Below are positions 63,999 to 64,000 of a stretch of 64,000 nucleotides of DNA, in pieces. The translations under genes were made by a program, and so were the position numbers. The notes under the pieces were generated by a model. The model was given only the letters and a program-made list of their open reading frames with translations, ran no database searches and had not been told where the DNA came from. Where the stretch lies: positions 40,081-104,080 of IMG/VR virus record IMGVR_UViG_3300037468_000183, one strand, 5' to 3'. Positions within the stretch are counted from its first letter, which is position 1, and every line of letters starts with the position of its first letter. This DNA is from a virus.

Positions 63999-64000
63999 CT

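Larger units (their letters stand above)
1..64000. mobile_element. Tailed dsDNA bacteriophage (siphovirus-like), possibly a phage-plasmid; near-complete genome
   Basis: Terminase-portal-capsid-neck-tail-tape measure synteny on +, replication and small early genes on -, no host housekeeping genes in 64 kb. Confidence 0.95.

Overview
The window is most of a GC-rich, tailed dsDNA phage genome (siphovirus-like: tape measure, tail tube, chaperone frameshift). It is probably circularly permuted, since both ends lie in minus-strand early genes. The layout is: (i) minus-strand early/replication arm at 1-15.2 kb and 58-64 kb, with an AEP primase-PriCT2, replisome organiser, DnaB-like helicase, VRR-NUC, Gp3/RDF-like protein, MazG-like protein and MTases; (ii) divergent sigma70 promoters at about 15.25-15.37 kb driving an HTH / membrane / FtsK-TraB-like ATPase operon; (iii) an accessory block at 18.8-21 kb with two highly structured intergenic RNA candidates, a membrane-anchored EAD7-like adaptor, holin-like proteins and 11-bp phased repeats; (iv) a plus-strand virion arm at 21-55.6 kb, with a six-gene sugar-modification/glycosyltransferase set interleaved among neck genes; (v) an FG-GAP + DUF4214-like lipoprotein. 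I recognised no integrase, ParA or canonical endolysin. Two perfect copies of the bacterial chromosomal parS palindrome TGTTTCACGTGAAACA occur at 58009 and 59308, which suggests an extrachromosomal prophage that borrows the host ParABS/SMC machinery. Five DNA amino-methyltransferases are present, one with five tandem catalytic SPP(Y/F) cassettes. A Chloroflexota (Anaerolineae/Caldilineae-like) host is inferred from domain content, not proven. All family calls come from motif recognition by eye; no database searches were run.
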